A stretch of DNA of 64,000 bases from Camelus ferus. Lineage: Eukaryota. Position numbers and translations under genes: made by a program. The notes below the pieces were generated by a model that made no database searches, was not told where the DNA came from, and worked only from the letters and a program-made list of their open reading frames with translations. Where the stretch lies: the NCBI RefSeq assembly GCF_009834535.1, contig NC_045697.1, positions 114,516,001 through 114,580,000 of the forward strand, in the 5' to 3' direction. This document shows, piece after piece, positions 1 to 15,100 of the stretch (positions are counted from its first letter, which is position 1; every line of letters begins with the position of its first letter).

Positions 1-1101
1 AAATGGGCAAAACTGGTGACTTTTTAATGAACTAGGAATATATTTAGCACACATGAATACAGCTTAAGTTGAATAAACATGTTCTTGGCAAATCAATAAA
101 CTTTTATGATGATTCTCAGGCTTGACTTCTCAAGCTGTTTTCAGTGGAAATAAAAATGAAAAAGAGATGTTTTTAGAAGGGAAACGTTTTCAACCACAAT
201 GGGTTGGCTTTTTAAACTACCATGGTTTCAATATAATGATTTATCTATTAAAGAAACGTGCTCTCACTGACTATGTGAGGTATAGTTAGGCTGAATAGAC
301 ATGCTGGTGCAATTCAGTATACCTGGACGAGGGAGCTACTCAGGGGAGGATCAGAGAAGGAAGGACTACGAGGGGTCAGTCTGAGCATGTTGGAACAAGG
401 CAGGGCAGAGGAAACAAAACGAGCGAGTGTGCAGTCATTTGGGGCTGCTCCCCAGTTACAGACCTCAGTTAACCCCATGGCATTCCAGACGTCTAACTGG
501 TAGCATCCTGCACCCAATAGTGTAGGTTTATAGTGTAAGTGAAATGAATTTCCAAGAGGTCACACACCCAAATATGCAATGTGGAAAAAAAAATATATGA
601 CTTAGATGAAATTTTTGTAAGACCTTAAATTTATTCAAAATTTAAAGTGTAGAAAGAGACCCCCAAATCTGCCAGTATGAAAACTGGTATATAAGACCTC
701 TATGTAGGATTCTATTTACAAACATTATCTTAGGAAAATACTTATTCTCCAAAATCTGGGGACTTGGTCTTTTTGCTTCTAAAACTCTTGATATAAACTA
801 AATTCCTACAATGAGTGCTATTTTATTTTCCCTAGGGAACTCTAATAAAAATAGGGTAAATCTGATCCTTTAAAAAGTACTTTCGTTTCTTAATCTACAT
901 CTAAATTAAGTAGGGCAGGTAGCAGACATACACTATGTACCAAAGAGTTTATAATTATTTAAAAATAGATGAAACATTTGCTGAATTAAAGAAATCACTG
1001 AACTACAGATCAGGGAGATAAAGTAAGAAGTCTACATGGTATCACAGAGTTGCCTCAGTGTATGGTAAAGGTCTCACATGCATTGCTTTATTAACATTAC
1101 A

Positions 1102-1313
1102 TTGCAGATATTAACCACTATATATAAATATAGATAAAAAACAAATGTCTTCTGTATAGCACAGGAAACCGTATTCAATACCTTGTAATAACCTTTAATG
1201 AAAAAGAATGTGAAAACAAATGTATGTCTGTATATGCATGACTGGGACATGATGCTGTACACCAGAAATTGACACATTGTAACCGATTATACTTCAATTA
1301 AATGAAAAAAAAA
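1102..1313 (+). mobile_element. L1 3'-end fragment, 5'-truncated, with A tail
   Basis: Typical L1 3'UTR text (gtatagcacaggaaac...gctgtacaccagaaattgacacattgtaac...tatacttcaattaaa), A tail, flanking attacat direct repeat. Confidence 0.88.
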
Positions 1314-1427
1314 ATTACATGACTTTCCAAACTGATCTCCTGCCAGCAATTTGAGGGGCACTGATTTTGGGTTGCAGAAGTTTCTGACAATTTTGTTTTG
1401 AACTTCTAAATGTGTTTTTATTCCTAA

Positions 1428-1670
<243 letters not shown>

Positions 1671-3307
1671 TGATATTGTCTGTTACTCTGTGCAAGTTTA
1701 AAATTTGAAGAGGAAAAGAATATATTGCGTGTTCTTTATTACTTGTTTGTAATTAAAATAAAGGCACTAGACGTGAAATACCAAAAGTGAACGCAGCGTA
1801 ATAACTTCACCTGCTTCTTAATTTAGAATGTCTCCCATTTTGATAAGCACTAGTTACTTTAACAAAATAAAAGAAAATAGCCTGTAATTAATCTGATGGG
1901 AAATTGGGGTATATTAGATGCTCTGTAAATGTTGATTCTCTTTTCTTCTTCATCTTATTTTTTCAAGAGGTCTCAACAGAATGAATGATTTAGATTTAGA
2001 GGGGAAAATATCAATTTCTTTTTTTATTTACATTTTCTTTCATGGAAATTTTTTTTTCTGTTAAATTTTGGTACAGAATTCAGAAAATAAAAATATCTGA
2101 CAAAACGACTATTTGAATAGACATACGAGGAACTGTATTTCTGTGCAACATAATAAAAATTATATATATTTTTTATATTTCTATGGCTATAGATATATCT
2201 CCACATAAATAAGTGTACACCAAAATATGTAACACTACACATACCCGTGTTACCTATGTGTTCCCACACAAACGCTGGCATGCACCAGACCCCCCAAATA
2301 AAATAAGATACTGGTAGACCACAGAATGCAACCCCATCTTGGTACTCATCTTTAAGGTTGGCATGGCCACAAGATATGAGCAAAATAGGTATTTAATGCC
2401 CGAGTTTAGACCCTTTATTTCCAGCTCCTGTTTCCAGCCTCCCAGTAGCCAGTGTTGTCAGAGATTGACATATGGAGACAACACTTTGCACCTTAAAACC
2501 ATGCCCTAGAATGAGATGAAGGAAAAAATATTGTGAAGGTGAGATAAAATAGGCTAGCTTCCCTCCAGACATTCTTTAGGACAAAGACTCTAATACCACT
2601 TATTTTAAATAATGGAAATAATTTAACTCCATGTGTCTACAAATGTTCAAAACAAATGAAACCATTTTTAATTTAAAAAAATATTTCACTTATGGGCTAA
2701 ATTACTAAATATTCATTACCGTGTTTGTTAAGCTCTAGTTTAACAAGTACAAAAATATTTTAAATTGTACCTGCAATTTTGTTTCACTTTGCAGTCATAT
2801 CACATCAGTGCTGACTAAATCCATTTTGAGTAAGGTGTGTGTGTGTGTATGTAAATAAATAAATGCATATTAAATATAAATATTTGCATCTGATAAAGCA
2901 AGCCATTCAATTTTATAGCCCATTTATATTTTTTATAAAAGCATAACGGATGAGAAATTTGGGCTAACACGGATATCGGAGATGTGGCATTAAAATGATT
3001 ATTTAAATCAAAGCAAAAGCATTTTTCAACAGAATGTTCCACTCTGATTCCTACAGGGTCAGCAGTGTTGTAGCTAACTATTTGGAATCTAAAGCTGAAA
3101 AAGCAAGGAAAAATTGATGTGATAGTTTTGTGACTTGTCCAGACAATAGGGATGTGAAGTTTACTTACCTGAATTTCTCTCTTTAAGACCTTTGAATACT
3201 TAGACTTCCTTCTAAAACAACGGAAATAGAAATTGTATAGAATTATGTTGATGTATTTCTCTCTCATTATATATCTGAGTATATATAGTGATAAGTGATA
3301 TACATAC

Positions 3308-3326
3308 ATATATATATATATATATA
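3308..3326. repeat. (TA)n microsatellite
   Basis: Direct reading. Confidence 0.85.
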
Positions 3327-4294
3327 AATTATGTACACTTTCCTATAAAAAATTAAAAATTGGAGCGATGGAAACCAGACATCAGTGATGACAGCCTTAA
3401 CTCAGCTCCTTCAGCCTGAGAAACCTGATCCACACGTGTACATCAGGAGTGACAAAGCAGGGATCATTACTTACTGAGAACTAATTTACCACATCAGATT
3501 TTTCAAAGCACAGCCCCTGGAAATTTTACAATTATCCAATATATGGGATTATGCTAAAAATGCATACTGTGAAATAAAAAGAAATAGAAGGATAGAAAGT
3601 CATCATTCTTGAATTATATAAAACAAAAATGTACAAAAAATTTTATATGCTAATGGAAAAGCAAGCAGAAAGAGTACGAAAAATCAGGTTTGCATTTTTA
3701 AGAAGAGAGAAACTATCAAATACTGTGTGTGTGTTTTAAATGTATGACATTTCTAATTTTTGGATGTTGAAATTAAAATGCAAGAACATTTCAGCTGATG
3801 AATATATTTGCTAAAGCACTGAGAATGGTATAAAGAATGGTGAATTTGGCTAAAACTATGTCCTGTTTATAATTGTTAAATGCAGAATATAAAGGCATTT
3901 GTTTATACTAAAAAAGAAAGATCTATTTCTTATGTAATTATTATAGTCCATATGTATGAAGTAAAAGCTAGAGTAGATAAACTTTTATTTCATATTGCAG
4001 TTATCTTGTTATTGCTTAATGTGAAATGAGCTTAAATAATTGAAATGCATGCAGATACTTTCATGATCCACAAGTATTCAGTGGTAGAAATAAGAAATTG
4101 ATGGCATTACGCTTTGAGAATATATGTTGAACTAAATAATTATTTGCTATATGAAGCTATTTTGTTTTCTATTTAAACACAAGAAGACGTTAATTTTAGA
4201 GTGTGTAGGTTATTTGGTGCTACATTCCACTAGATTTGCATTTCTAGTTATAAAATAGTTTCATGAGAAAATTGTTGAGTATTATGCCAGGAGA

Positions 4295-4838
4295 ACTTAT
4301 TTCTCCCGAGAAATAGAACCAGTAGGATTACTACCTGCATCTGTATCTATATCTCTCTGTCATCATCTCTGTCTCCATCTCCTTACTTTAAGGAATCGGC
4401 TTTGGTGACAGTGGGTGGCGTATCACATGTGAAATTCGCAGGGCAGGACAGCCAGCTGGAAATTCACATACGAGCTGATGTTCAGTCTGGAATCCAAAAG
4501 CCACAGATTAGGCCAGCAGACTGTTGACGCAGGTGGATATTGTAGCCTTGAGTCTGATGTCTGCAGGCAGACAGGAAACTCAAGCAGATTTCTATGTGGA
4601 AATGTTGACACAGAATTCCTTCTGTGGGAAACCTCACTGTTAAATCTTAAGGCCTTCAACTGATTGTATGAGGCCCACCCATGTTATGGGGGGTGATCTG
4701 TCTTACTTAAAGCAAACTGATTGGAAATGTTAATCACCTCCACAAACACATTTACTACAATATGAAGACAAGTGCTTGACCAAACAGCTGGACACCATAG
4801 CCTCATCATAGCCTAGTTGACAGAAATCAACCATCTCA
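4295..4838 (-). mobile_element. ERVL LTR, MLT2-like
   Basis: agaaatagaaccagtagga ... aggccttcaactgattg..tgaggcccaccca ... gttgaca.aaatcaaccatc.ca resembles the reverse complement of the recalled MLT2 consensus. Confidence 0.8.
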
Positions 4839-6269
4839 TCTTACTCTTTTAGTCAAGGCTTTGATAAGTATTTGAATTTCCAGTGTGCTTAGTATGGTGC
4901 CTTACACATGGAAGGTAGTCAGTAACCTTTGCTAAATGAATTTAATGAAAATTCCATTGCTTAGAGCCTTGGGTTATCCATTCTTTTCTGCACTGTTTGA
5001 GTTTAAAGATGTATACATCTAATTTCCTCCTTACCTTAATATTTCTCCTTATTCTACAATGACCACAAAACAGTGTCCTTCTTTTCATGTGTTTGTGAAA
5101 AACGTTTCATAGAATAATTCATCATTGAATTGTTTCAGGGTAAACATAACCTCCTGGGTCTATTAATTCAAGATCACAGGGTCAAAATATAGCATAAAGA
5201 TGCTCAGTCTAAGACAGTTGGGAGTTCTATTATAGAAAAAAAATCTAATCCTTCTGGATTTTAGAAGATAAGTCTCTTGAGTGTGAGTCATGGAAATGAG
5301 TCTTTTGGAATCATTTTTTCCCACAGAAAGGGATTAAACAGATATAATATTTTTCAAAGTCACTGTTGGTATCGAGAGGACAGTAGTGCAATTCCCAGTG
5401 TAACTCATTGGCCAATAACATTCAGATAAAACTTAAATATTTAGAATATGGAATCTTTCATCAAACCTCTCAGAAAATGCTGTTTGCTGGCTCTAAATAA
5501 AAATTCAATTTTGGTGCAATGTCAGATTACATCAGGTTTCAGCTTTCGCTAGTGAGTTGGTGAAGATTCATAGAACATGCTTTTAGTTATAATTTGATCT
5601 TTATTCTTCCCTCTTTTTTTTTTTTTTTTTTTTGGTTATGTAGCCTAATTAGATAGGATTCTTGCTATTTTCATCCTGCTTGTACGCATGATTTCATCCT
5701 GTCACCGCCAGTATGAACTTCAGGCAAAGAGAATTCTATCCCACGCTTACGAATTCGGAACTCAAACTGAAATGGGTTTAGAAAAATGTTTAAATTACAA
5801 GTTCAAGGATGACACACTTCCCCAAGATGACCAACTTTTTTGCTCTTCTGGTTTTCAAGGGATTTGTCATCCATATCTACAACTCTCTCAGTTTTTAATA
5901 CTTTGTCCTTAGGTTACTTCTGTGTTTATTTAATACACGTCCACCTGCTGTTCTCCACACACACCATCCTGTTATTTTTTTCCTTCATAGGGACTAAAAG
6001 AGCTTCAAAGAAAATCACGCAAATCTCATCATGAGTAGGTCTTATATTTTAAGACTAGAAGATTCTATTCCTGGTTTTAATGCAACTTAAATGGTGCTAA
6101 CTTCAGAGGAGCCCATTTTCTATAGAAAGTGTGATATGAGTCACTCTTAAAATGTCTGTTTTCTAGGCTTGGGATTTCCACATGAGAAAATCACCTGGCC
6201 TTTACACATAAATACGATTAGTACTACATTAGAATGAAATTTGTACACAGAAATAGGTTGACCATAGTG

Positions 6270-6370
6270 TCCACAATACTTAGCTAGACATCTATCAAAA
6301 TTCATCAAATTGTACATCTGATATACATGTAGTTTACTGTACAGGAATCATACCACTATAAAGGTGTCTT
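6270..6370 (+). mobile_element. Old L1 (L1MC/ME-like) 3'-end fragment
   Basis: tcaaaattcatcaaattgtacat...tttactgta...tataaagg motif typical of old L1 3' ends. Confidence 0.5.
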
Positions 6371-7083
6371 TAAAAAAAATTCAAAACTACAACAACAACA
6401 AAAGAAACTGAAACTGAGATTAGAAATGAGGAAACACAGCTTCCTCGTTTCTCTCTCTGCTGGTGCCCCCTCTCCCAGCAGCGCGGCCTTCAGGGCACTT
6501 CTCCATCCCCTTGGTAATAACTCGAATTCCCTTGTCAGCATTCCCTTCTGTTTCTAATCCAATTACTACTTCTTCAAACTCTATCCATAAAAATAAATGT
6601 TAAAACACCTGCCCCTTTGTATCATGCAGACAATTCATTTCCCCAGAAAGCCATGGAGCAAACTTCTGACTCAGTACCACTGTATTTTTCAGAAAAGTAA
6701 TCAAAATGTTTCCCCCTTACTCTTTTGTCAGTGGGTCTCTATTCAAACAAGGCTTAATTTCCACAGAGTTAGAGAATGATAAAAAACTAACGCTTTCGTC
6801 CCTTTTCGGTTATGTGATACCCTGCAAAGAGCTTCCCAAAGAGAGTAATGTAAATTACCTCTAACTCTGCCTTTAGAAGATTATTCTGTAGATGTTAAAA
6901 GAAATAAATTTATGGTATTGGCCTTTGAAGCCCTGGATTTAAAGAGGCCCTTGAATCTTTCATTAAACATCACACTCTTGTGAAACTGTCATGTTGTGCT
7001 TCTGATATATTTGAAGTATGCAAGCCTAACATTGGGGAACAGGTGGGGAGCATCTATACCGTACAACAGCATGTTTTAAAGAA

Positions 7084-7178
7084 TTATTCATTTAAATGGA
7101 GGTACTGGGGATTGAACCGAGGACCTTGTGCATGCTAGGCACATGCTCTACCATTGAGCAATTATCTACCCCCAGCCC
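7084..7178 (-). mobile_element. tRNA-derived SINE (camelid vic-1-like)
   Basis: Reverse complement reads ...gctcaatggtagagcatgtgcctagcatgcacaaggtcctcggttcaatccccagtacctcc (A and B boxes); imperfect flanking repeat caacagcat(g)ttttaa at ~7064 and ~7194. Confidence 0.88.
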
Positions 7179-8380
7179 CGACTCTGAGCTCTGCAACAGC
7201 ATTTTAATGGAGTCATAGAACATGTTAACTGGGTCAAGTAGTTTTATCTAAGATAGCATATTAAGTCTTCAAAAGAGGATTGATAAGAATCAGTCAAGTT
7301 ACTTGGATAAATGTGAGCAGAATATGTATGTGTCTCAATCTATTGGCCATCACTTTAAAATCTTTTTTTAATGTGAGATATAAGGATTCACTGTATACAT
7401 GTAAGAGTACATTTTATGTACTTTAAAGAGAAATGTGCTTATAATAATTTGACCTTTCAATAGAAACCTTTCAAGAATAAAATTGAAGAGTTTAACACAA
7501 AAGTTATTCCTACAAATATCTTTAAATACAAAATTATTTTACTTGAGACTTACAAAATCACGTAAGTCCACTATGTGGCTCTTAGCCTGCAGTTTCTGGT
7601 CTAAGATTTAGTTTTATTTTCAAAAAGGTAGCTGTTGACTTTTTCAAATAATAGATTTGCATGGTAAAAATAAAGTAATACAAAAAAAATTAGATAAAAA
7701 GTAGTCATTTCTTACTCCCTGCGTTTCTATCTCCAGTCTGACTTCATGCATCCAGTTACATTTAATCACTTTATGTGCTCAGAAATGATATTTCTTGAAT
7801 TATCAATATTAGATATTTTCTATTGGTGTTCCTCTCTGAAAGATGATAATTTTGCTTACACAATTCTTAAGAATTCTTAATTTTTCTTCCTTCTAAATAC
7901 ATTGAAAACTGCATAATTATTGTAATGTTTTTGAGGGTTAGGTTCATAATTTTAATGATTTATTTAAATCTTAGTATTTTTCTTGAAATCTCATAATATT
8001 TCTATTTAATTTTAATAGTCTGACCTCTTGTTTGATTTCTCATTGCTTACATTTACTATTTCAACAATAGTTGTCAAAACTGTAATTTAACACTGAAGGC
8101 TTGTCATTGCCTTGGTATCTTTTTCATATTTTGATAGGTCATCAATCTCAGTGGGAATTATTTGACAGATGTTACAGGAAGGAAAACAATACAGTAAATG
8201 AATGCCTTCAATTTTATTTTATCAAAGAAAATATTTAATATTGGATTGCTAAACATTTTTTAAACTGCTGAAAGCTTACAATGACAGTTTTGCATTTCTC
8301 CATATACTTTATCACATAATGATTTTATGTTTCCTATGTGGAAATTTAAGATACAGCTCTATAATAAGAATGCCAAGAAA

Positions 8381-8499
8381 GAGGGGATGGTATAGCTCAG
8401 TGGTAGAGCACATGCTTAGCATGCATGAGGTCCTGGGTTCAATCCCTGGTAACTCTATTAAAATGAATTAGTCAATTATTAAATTAAATTAATTAAAAA
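8381..8499 (+). mobile_element. tRNA-derived SINE (camelid vic-1-like)
   Basis: ggtatagctcagtggtagagc (A box), gggttcaatccc (B box), AT-rich tail; TSD aagaatgccaagaaa 8366-8380 / aagaatgataagaaa 8500-8514. Confidence 0.92.
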
Positions 8500-11400
8500 A
8501 AGAATGATAAGAAAAACAAAACTTAAACCTCAAAATTAGTGTTCATCCCTTTACTACTTAAGCTGCTAATTTTTGCCCATCAAAACTCTTCTTTTTTCCT
8601 AATTCAGTAACTGATTTTCAAATTTTTATTAAGGCATTTTTTTAAAGATATATTATGGATTGTTTAGCAAATTAACGGCAAAAGCTGAAACTTATCTAGG
8701 ACTTGCAAGCAACTAGGCGTCTGCTCCATTCTGTCTTAAATCCCACCTGTACGGCTTGAACGAAGATGTAATATGAGGCACTGTGGAGTGACATGCCCAC
8801 TGGCAGCTAAGAAGTTGCCTGAATCACCACCCAGTGAGTGTTATTTCCGGAATCGGATCTAGTTACTCTCTCCAAAGCGTTCTTTCTTCCGTCCTGAAAA
8901 AGACGTCAGTCCTATCTCACCTCTATTTTAGGAAGAAAAAAATATTCCTTGTGATAAGAGCGGAAGAAAATGAGCTTAGCATATTTAACAATCCGTATAC
9001 TAGCATCATTTTTTATTAAAAAAGTAGCTCTTTAAAGTATAAGTTTCAAAATACAGTTATTTATGAGTATGATTTTGCAAAACTGTATCTTATGTCTGAT
9101 AGTTCTCTTTTGAAATTATTTAGAAAACTTAAAAGATGCAATAAAATAATAGCATATCAAATTGTATAATCAGTATACGTTTAAAGGATTTGCACTGAAC
9201 TAAATCACAGGGGTCGTTTTGCTGATTTTTACTCCATAATGTCTTCGTTTTATTATTAAAGAATTTTTCTAGAATGCAAATCAGATTTGTTAGTGAAAAG
9301 AGATAAGCCTAAATATAATTCTGTGGGCAATGTAATAAAGATACAGTTTTAAAGAGAAAGGACAGGAGAAATGTAACTTTCATCTGTATTGTCCTACCTA
9401 TAAAGAAGTCAGGTACAGAGCCAAATTATTCTTTTAATGTAACATGTATTTCTAAAGGCTTACAAAATATGATTTTAAAATGGGTGAATTTTCATGGTTT
9501 TTATTTAGTGGATACAAACATAGTAAAATACAAGTGTGTATGAATTATCTGGGCAGGATCCTCTCATGACATACCTGTACGAAATAGAATATAAGATCAT
9601 TTACAATAATAATAATGAACCAGTAAATAATATAAGTCATACTAAAACAATTTTTAAAGAGTGTTGACCTGAAAGATAAAGTTTAATGATCCTCAGTGTA
9701 GGCATTCCAATGTGGAACACGTTTACATGTGAATTACAATACAGTTTAAAAGTACACATGCATATAATTATCCTCTAAACAGCTTTATAATTTTTGAAGA
9801 TGAATCTATCACATTTCAGAATAATTTTTTTCCAGTCAATAATAGTCTTGAAAAAGCAAGTAAGCCTGTCTTCCATATAAGGCTTCCGGGGCTGGACAAT
9901 ACAGTAAGATGAGGAACTCCCATCAGAATGACACTTTGCCATCTGCATTGCGAGATTATGATCTTCAGGAAAAAAGTTCAGCTCCTAAATGATATTACAC
10001 TGTGTTGAACAAATGTAGATAATTCAACAATCATAAAATTGCTTCAATTTATGCTTTTAAATCAACATTTTTTTTAAACAGTTCCAAGACAGATTTAGAC
10101 ATTCACAGGGAGAGATTTCATACACATGCTTAGGAAGGAGGGAGTCCATAAAACCTTTTCTTTCTCCTAAACTAATGTCCCCAAAAAGAGAAACCTGTAA
10201 AACACGTGTCACCAAAACTGATGTATCATTACCAAAAGAAAGAGACAATTATTTAAAGAAGGGAAGGCAAATTTACGTATTTTCTGATATTACGTCATTC
10301 AAATTATTTGACCTTGTTCCTGAAAACTTTGGTTTCTCTTTATCCTACAGATTTATAACAGTAAGAAATAATTTAATTTACTCCATTTTAATATAAAAAT
10401 TTCAAAGCATTGAGGAATAGAATTCTACATGAAATCCCTTCAAGTTTAAGGATAATTTCATTAACGTGGCGTAACGTGATCCCCAACACTAAACCTCAAG
10501 CTTTGTACTTCAATCCGATCCTGCAAATTCATTTCTTTGCCTGCCTGATAATCCATTTCATAGGTATTATTTACAAAATCTGTATTAGCTATAGTAATAT
10601 GATCAGAACGCAGATAAGTGAAATCTGTTGAAATAAAATTTCTTGTTTTTAAAATACATTTTAAATGAATCTGTTTGCATTAATTTATCGTCAAGCATCA
10701 AGGTGAATAAATACGAACAGATTCTTCTTTTTGGTTCTTCAAGAAGCAGCAAATTTAAGGACTGGAAGTTATAAAGAGGCAGATTTAAGCTCAGTACCCA
10801 AGATTTAAAGGACTACCTTATAAAAAATCTCTCTCTTTTCAAAGTTTTTTAAAAAGGCTAGATATCCAGCTGTCAGAAAAAATTGTAGAGGGGGATATAT
10901 ACACTTTGGGTATTGAAACCAATGTCTTAACTATAAGAGTCTGTTAATCAATAGTTGAAAGGGATCATTTAAACAGATCTTCTCTATTGTTACTTAAAGA
11001 AACTAGAGTACAGAAGGTATTTGAAAGAAGTGACCTACATCTTCCCAAGATGCCACAGTGTTCATTGTGATGTCATAATTATAATGAACTTTTCAACATT
11101 TTAGAGAGATTTACATACTAAAGCCCATGCTTTTTTTTTCTTTTTATGTTCAGTTAACATCATGTGTTATCTACTAAGAAAGAAAATGATTTTTCCTCTC
11201 CATCTAACCAACTTACTAATTGTGCTTTGTTAAACAAAGTTACAAAAGAGTACCATTCTTCCTGTACAAATCAAGTCATCACATTGGGGAACAAAATTCA
11301 CAAACACAACTAATTCTTTAATTCCAACTAGCCACACTGCCATTTAATTGAGTTGATACACCATGAACCTTGTGGGTCCATATAATTTACATTTTCTTAT

Positions 11401-11764
11401 ATTTGCCATAATTGTCTATTTTATTGCTTAATGTTAGTTTTTAGTTCAAGACTTTGCCAAATTCTATTTACTAGTTCTTGGACCTAAAGTGAAACCTATG
11501 GTCTTGGTTTTAATTTGGTCTCCCCACTATTTAGATGTATGGTTTCCCCAACAGACATGAAGTCTCTGTTCCTGGGATTCTCAGTGCTCACTGACACTTA
11601 GACCAATTCCTAACTGGGATTCTGGCTCGTTTAAAAGAACCAGGAGAACCAAGACACAAATCATCCAGTCCTGCATTTACCAAATGTCGAGAGTTTTCTT
11701 CTCTTATGTTCTGTAGACATTTGAAATTTAACACTCTACAAATTTATTTTTAAATTCACTCTTC

Positions 11765-12165
11765 ACCCTCTCAAAATGATACCATCAAAAAGTCTGCAAA
11801 TGACAAATGTTGGCAAGGATGTGGAGAAAAGGGAACCCTTGTACACTGTTGGTAGAAACATAAATCGCTGCAGCCACTGTGGAAACCAGTGCGGAGGTTG
11901 CTCAAAAAACTAAAAATAGAACTACCATATGAACTACCAATGCTGAGTGTATATCCAAAGAACACAAAAACACTAATTCAAATATATATATGCACGTCTA
12001 TCTTCGTTGTAGCATTATTTACAATTGCCAAGATCTGAAAGCAACCCAAGTGTCCATCAATAGATGACTGGATAGAGAAGATGTGGTATCTCTATATATA
12101 ATGGAGTATTACTCAGCCATAAAGATGAATGAAATCTTGCCATTTGCAACAATGTGGGTGGACCT
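11765..12165 (+). mobile_element. L1 fragment (ORF2 3' end), lacking 3'UTR and tail
   Basis: aaatgttggcaaggatgtggagaaaagggaacccttgtacactgttggt...; decayed ORF2 C-terminus MEYYSAIKMNEILPFATMWVDL in the ORF track. Confidence 0.9.
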
Positions 12166-15100
12166 AACACTATATTTTTATAAATCGGTAAAACATTTTC
12201 TGTTTAAGCAGAGTCGAATTAATTCAGACAGCTTTGAATTATTTTTCTTTTATGAAAACAATGGAAAAGTCCTAATTTAATACTCTCAATTTCTGGAGAA
12301 GGAAATGAGAAAAGTCGAATAATTAGCCTAGTGTCACAGAACTGACAAATGATAAAAAGGAAAAAAATTCTAACCACATATGCAACCATCACTGTATGTT
12401 TAAAATAACTCACTGAAATTCTTAACTATCCACAGCAAACTCTCCAAAACATTTTGGGAAATTGAGGAAAACGTTTGTGTGAAGAATGTGTAGACTATTA
12501 CAGTTTTTGTGAAATGTTAGCTCATGGAGAATTTTCTACATGAAAATACCAAGTGGCATTTATTGATCATTTGACCTTTTCAAACATGATTACATTTAAC
12601 CGACATAATAATACAACATGAAAGGTAATATTATTATACCAGTGGGGTAAACAAAACTTAAAAGGAGTATTTACACAGCTAATGTAAGTAGTAAAACTGG
12701 ATTACATTTAAGTCTGGTTGATCTCAAAGCCTGTTTATTATTATTTTTTTAACTCTGCCTGCTTTTTTTTTTTTTTTAAACTCTCTTTAGTACATTATTT
12801 TTGAAAAGAAACCAGCCCTCGGTTTATGATAGTGTAATGTTATCAACTCAATTTTTATGATAATACTTGAAGAAATTAAAGACATTCTCCTTATGTTAAA
12901 AGGAAGGATGAAAATTTCTACAATATAATCTTTGTACTTTGATATCCTGGAATCAGTATCATGCTACCTGACAGTTTTCTATGATATGCAGATTGAGGCA
13001 AATCAGGCCCTAAATTACCATGACTACTTATGTTTTGACTAATATGAACTAGACAGTTTATGACATTTTAATAAATTAAATGGAAACTAGAATTAGATAA
13101 ATTGAATATATCTAATTGTAGGAAAAAGCAGCTGTATCACTGGATTAGAAGCACTGATCTCAATTAAAAATCAATAAAAGTACTTTAACCTCATTGCCTT
13201 TTAAAAAAAATGGACCAGTAAGGGAGATAGCCATTGATACCAAATTATTTAATATGTTATTATTATAAGATGGAGTGCTTTTTTTAAATCTTGCTTTGCA
13301 AGATTTAAAAGAATACATTATACCTAGTGTATACAAAATAGCTCAACCTTGAATATATATGTTTCCACATGATTATAAAAATAAACTGGGATTCCCAACC
13401 TACACATTCCAGTCCAGTACATTGTTTCATTGTTTCATTTCCTTCATTCATGATAAACTGAACAAACCCTCATTGAGAATTATTTACATTCTATTGTGTT
13501 TGATAAAGTGGACACTATCTTTTCAAATATTTCATTATTCACTTTTCTATTTATCTAAATAGACTCAGATTATAAGAGTTTTGGATTTAAAAAATAAAAG
13601 CTATTTCAAAGAGAGAGAGAAAGCTAGAAAAGAAAAGAAAGCTAAAAATCAGTGCTTCTTAAACCATATGTGGGAAACAATCACCTTGGCTTTTGTTCAA
13701 TCTATTTTTTTTTTTTTTAATCATTAGGTAGCTTCCATCCCATGAAACCCTCCAGGCAAGTTTAGACCAAGCTGATCTAAACCCTATTCAAGGAGACAGG
13801 TCCACTGATTATGCTCATGGATATGATAGCAATATTAAATTGTTATCAAATATTTTAAGTGTTGTTTTTACTGGACTACCATATTTAATATCCAGTTAAT
13901 TGAGAAAGAAATATTGAATAACAAATTAAGTGGATCCCGTGCTTCAGAAGTTAAGGCATCTCGTATACCAAAAGTATTACATTCAGACAATGCATTGATA
14001 GACTAATGATCAAAAATAGGCTATCTAAGAGCTAAATGTAGCATGATTTTTTTAAATAGTGGGTTTTTTTTTTAAAGAAAATCTCAATGTTTTTATTTTT
14101 AATGGTGGTGATGACAGAATCTTAGCTACACATTTTATTTTGCTTATGGTATGAAAGCTTTCTCCTGACTGATCTAGGACTGGTTTATTCATGTCAAGTC
14201 AGGGATCCAAACTCAAATGGTCATAGGGTTGGTCAAGTTAAAATAGAAGAGGAAAGTTGTCACGTAGGGCCAGAGTAAGCCCATCGCTGAATGGAAGACA
14301 ACCCTTGATCTTTGCCAGAAGAAGCAACAGGGGACGGTGGCACATGCAGTGGCCTAGTAACAGTTTTTTTCAATTTTGACAATTATTTTCAATTTCTATT
14401 CTATTTCTAAGCTTGGTGACAAATGATATTCCAAGTAGCAGCCATCCACGCACCACATTTTGAAGGCTGCTCTAGAATTCTGTTTCTCAGTGATTCTAAA
14501 TGACATGACATTCTAGAGTTTAGCGTCATGATTGAGAACTACCCACTTTTTGATTCTCCCCTTTTATCTGTGCTATGACACGTGACACCTAAACGTGTAT
14601 TTAGTGAAGAAACACTGCACTTTCGCCAGTGTGTTTGAAGGTGTAGAACTGTCGGAAGAACAAAGTCTAGCATTTTAGGTGAGAACAGTAGTACATGATT
14701 AAAGGCCCAATTACGTGGCACCAAATATAAATGCTATGAAAATTCCGACAAGGAGAAAATTAATAAGACCCATGGTAATTAAGGATGAGTCATCTAGGTG
14801 TTGGAAATATGGCTGCCGAGTGTAGATTAATAAGAATTTGATTAATAAAATATGTGATGTGCTCTTTATTCACTATGGAAAATCCATGTGTTTTATGAAA
14901 TTTTGATGAGAACACTAGCTGGGGAAGAGGCCATTTGCTGGAGAACAATGAAGATTACAGTTATATATTTTGAGAAAGATTTTTTTAAAATTTCTTTTTG
15001 CAAAAGCCCTCTTCTGTCCCCAATTCTCAATTACTGCCAAGGGAGAGGACTCTCCTGCCAGTCTCAGGAACCTGATTGGTAGAGAAGCAGAAAAGTAACA

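Noticed and set aside
2815..3309. 164-aa minus-strand ORF
   Set aside because: AT-rich low-complexity translation bounded by microsatellites; no homology recognised.
8381..8460. tRNA-Ala-like gene (also at 7084-7178 and 41610-41685)
   Set aside because: Degenerate acceptor stems, AT-rich tails, target duplications and multiple diverged copies show these are SINEs, not tRNA genes.
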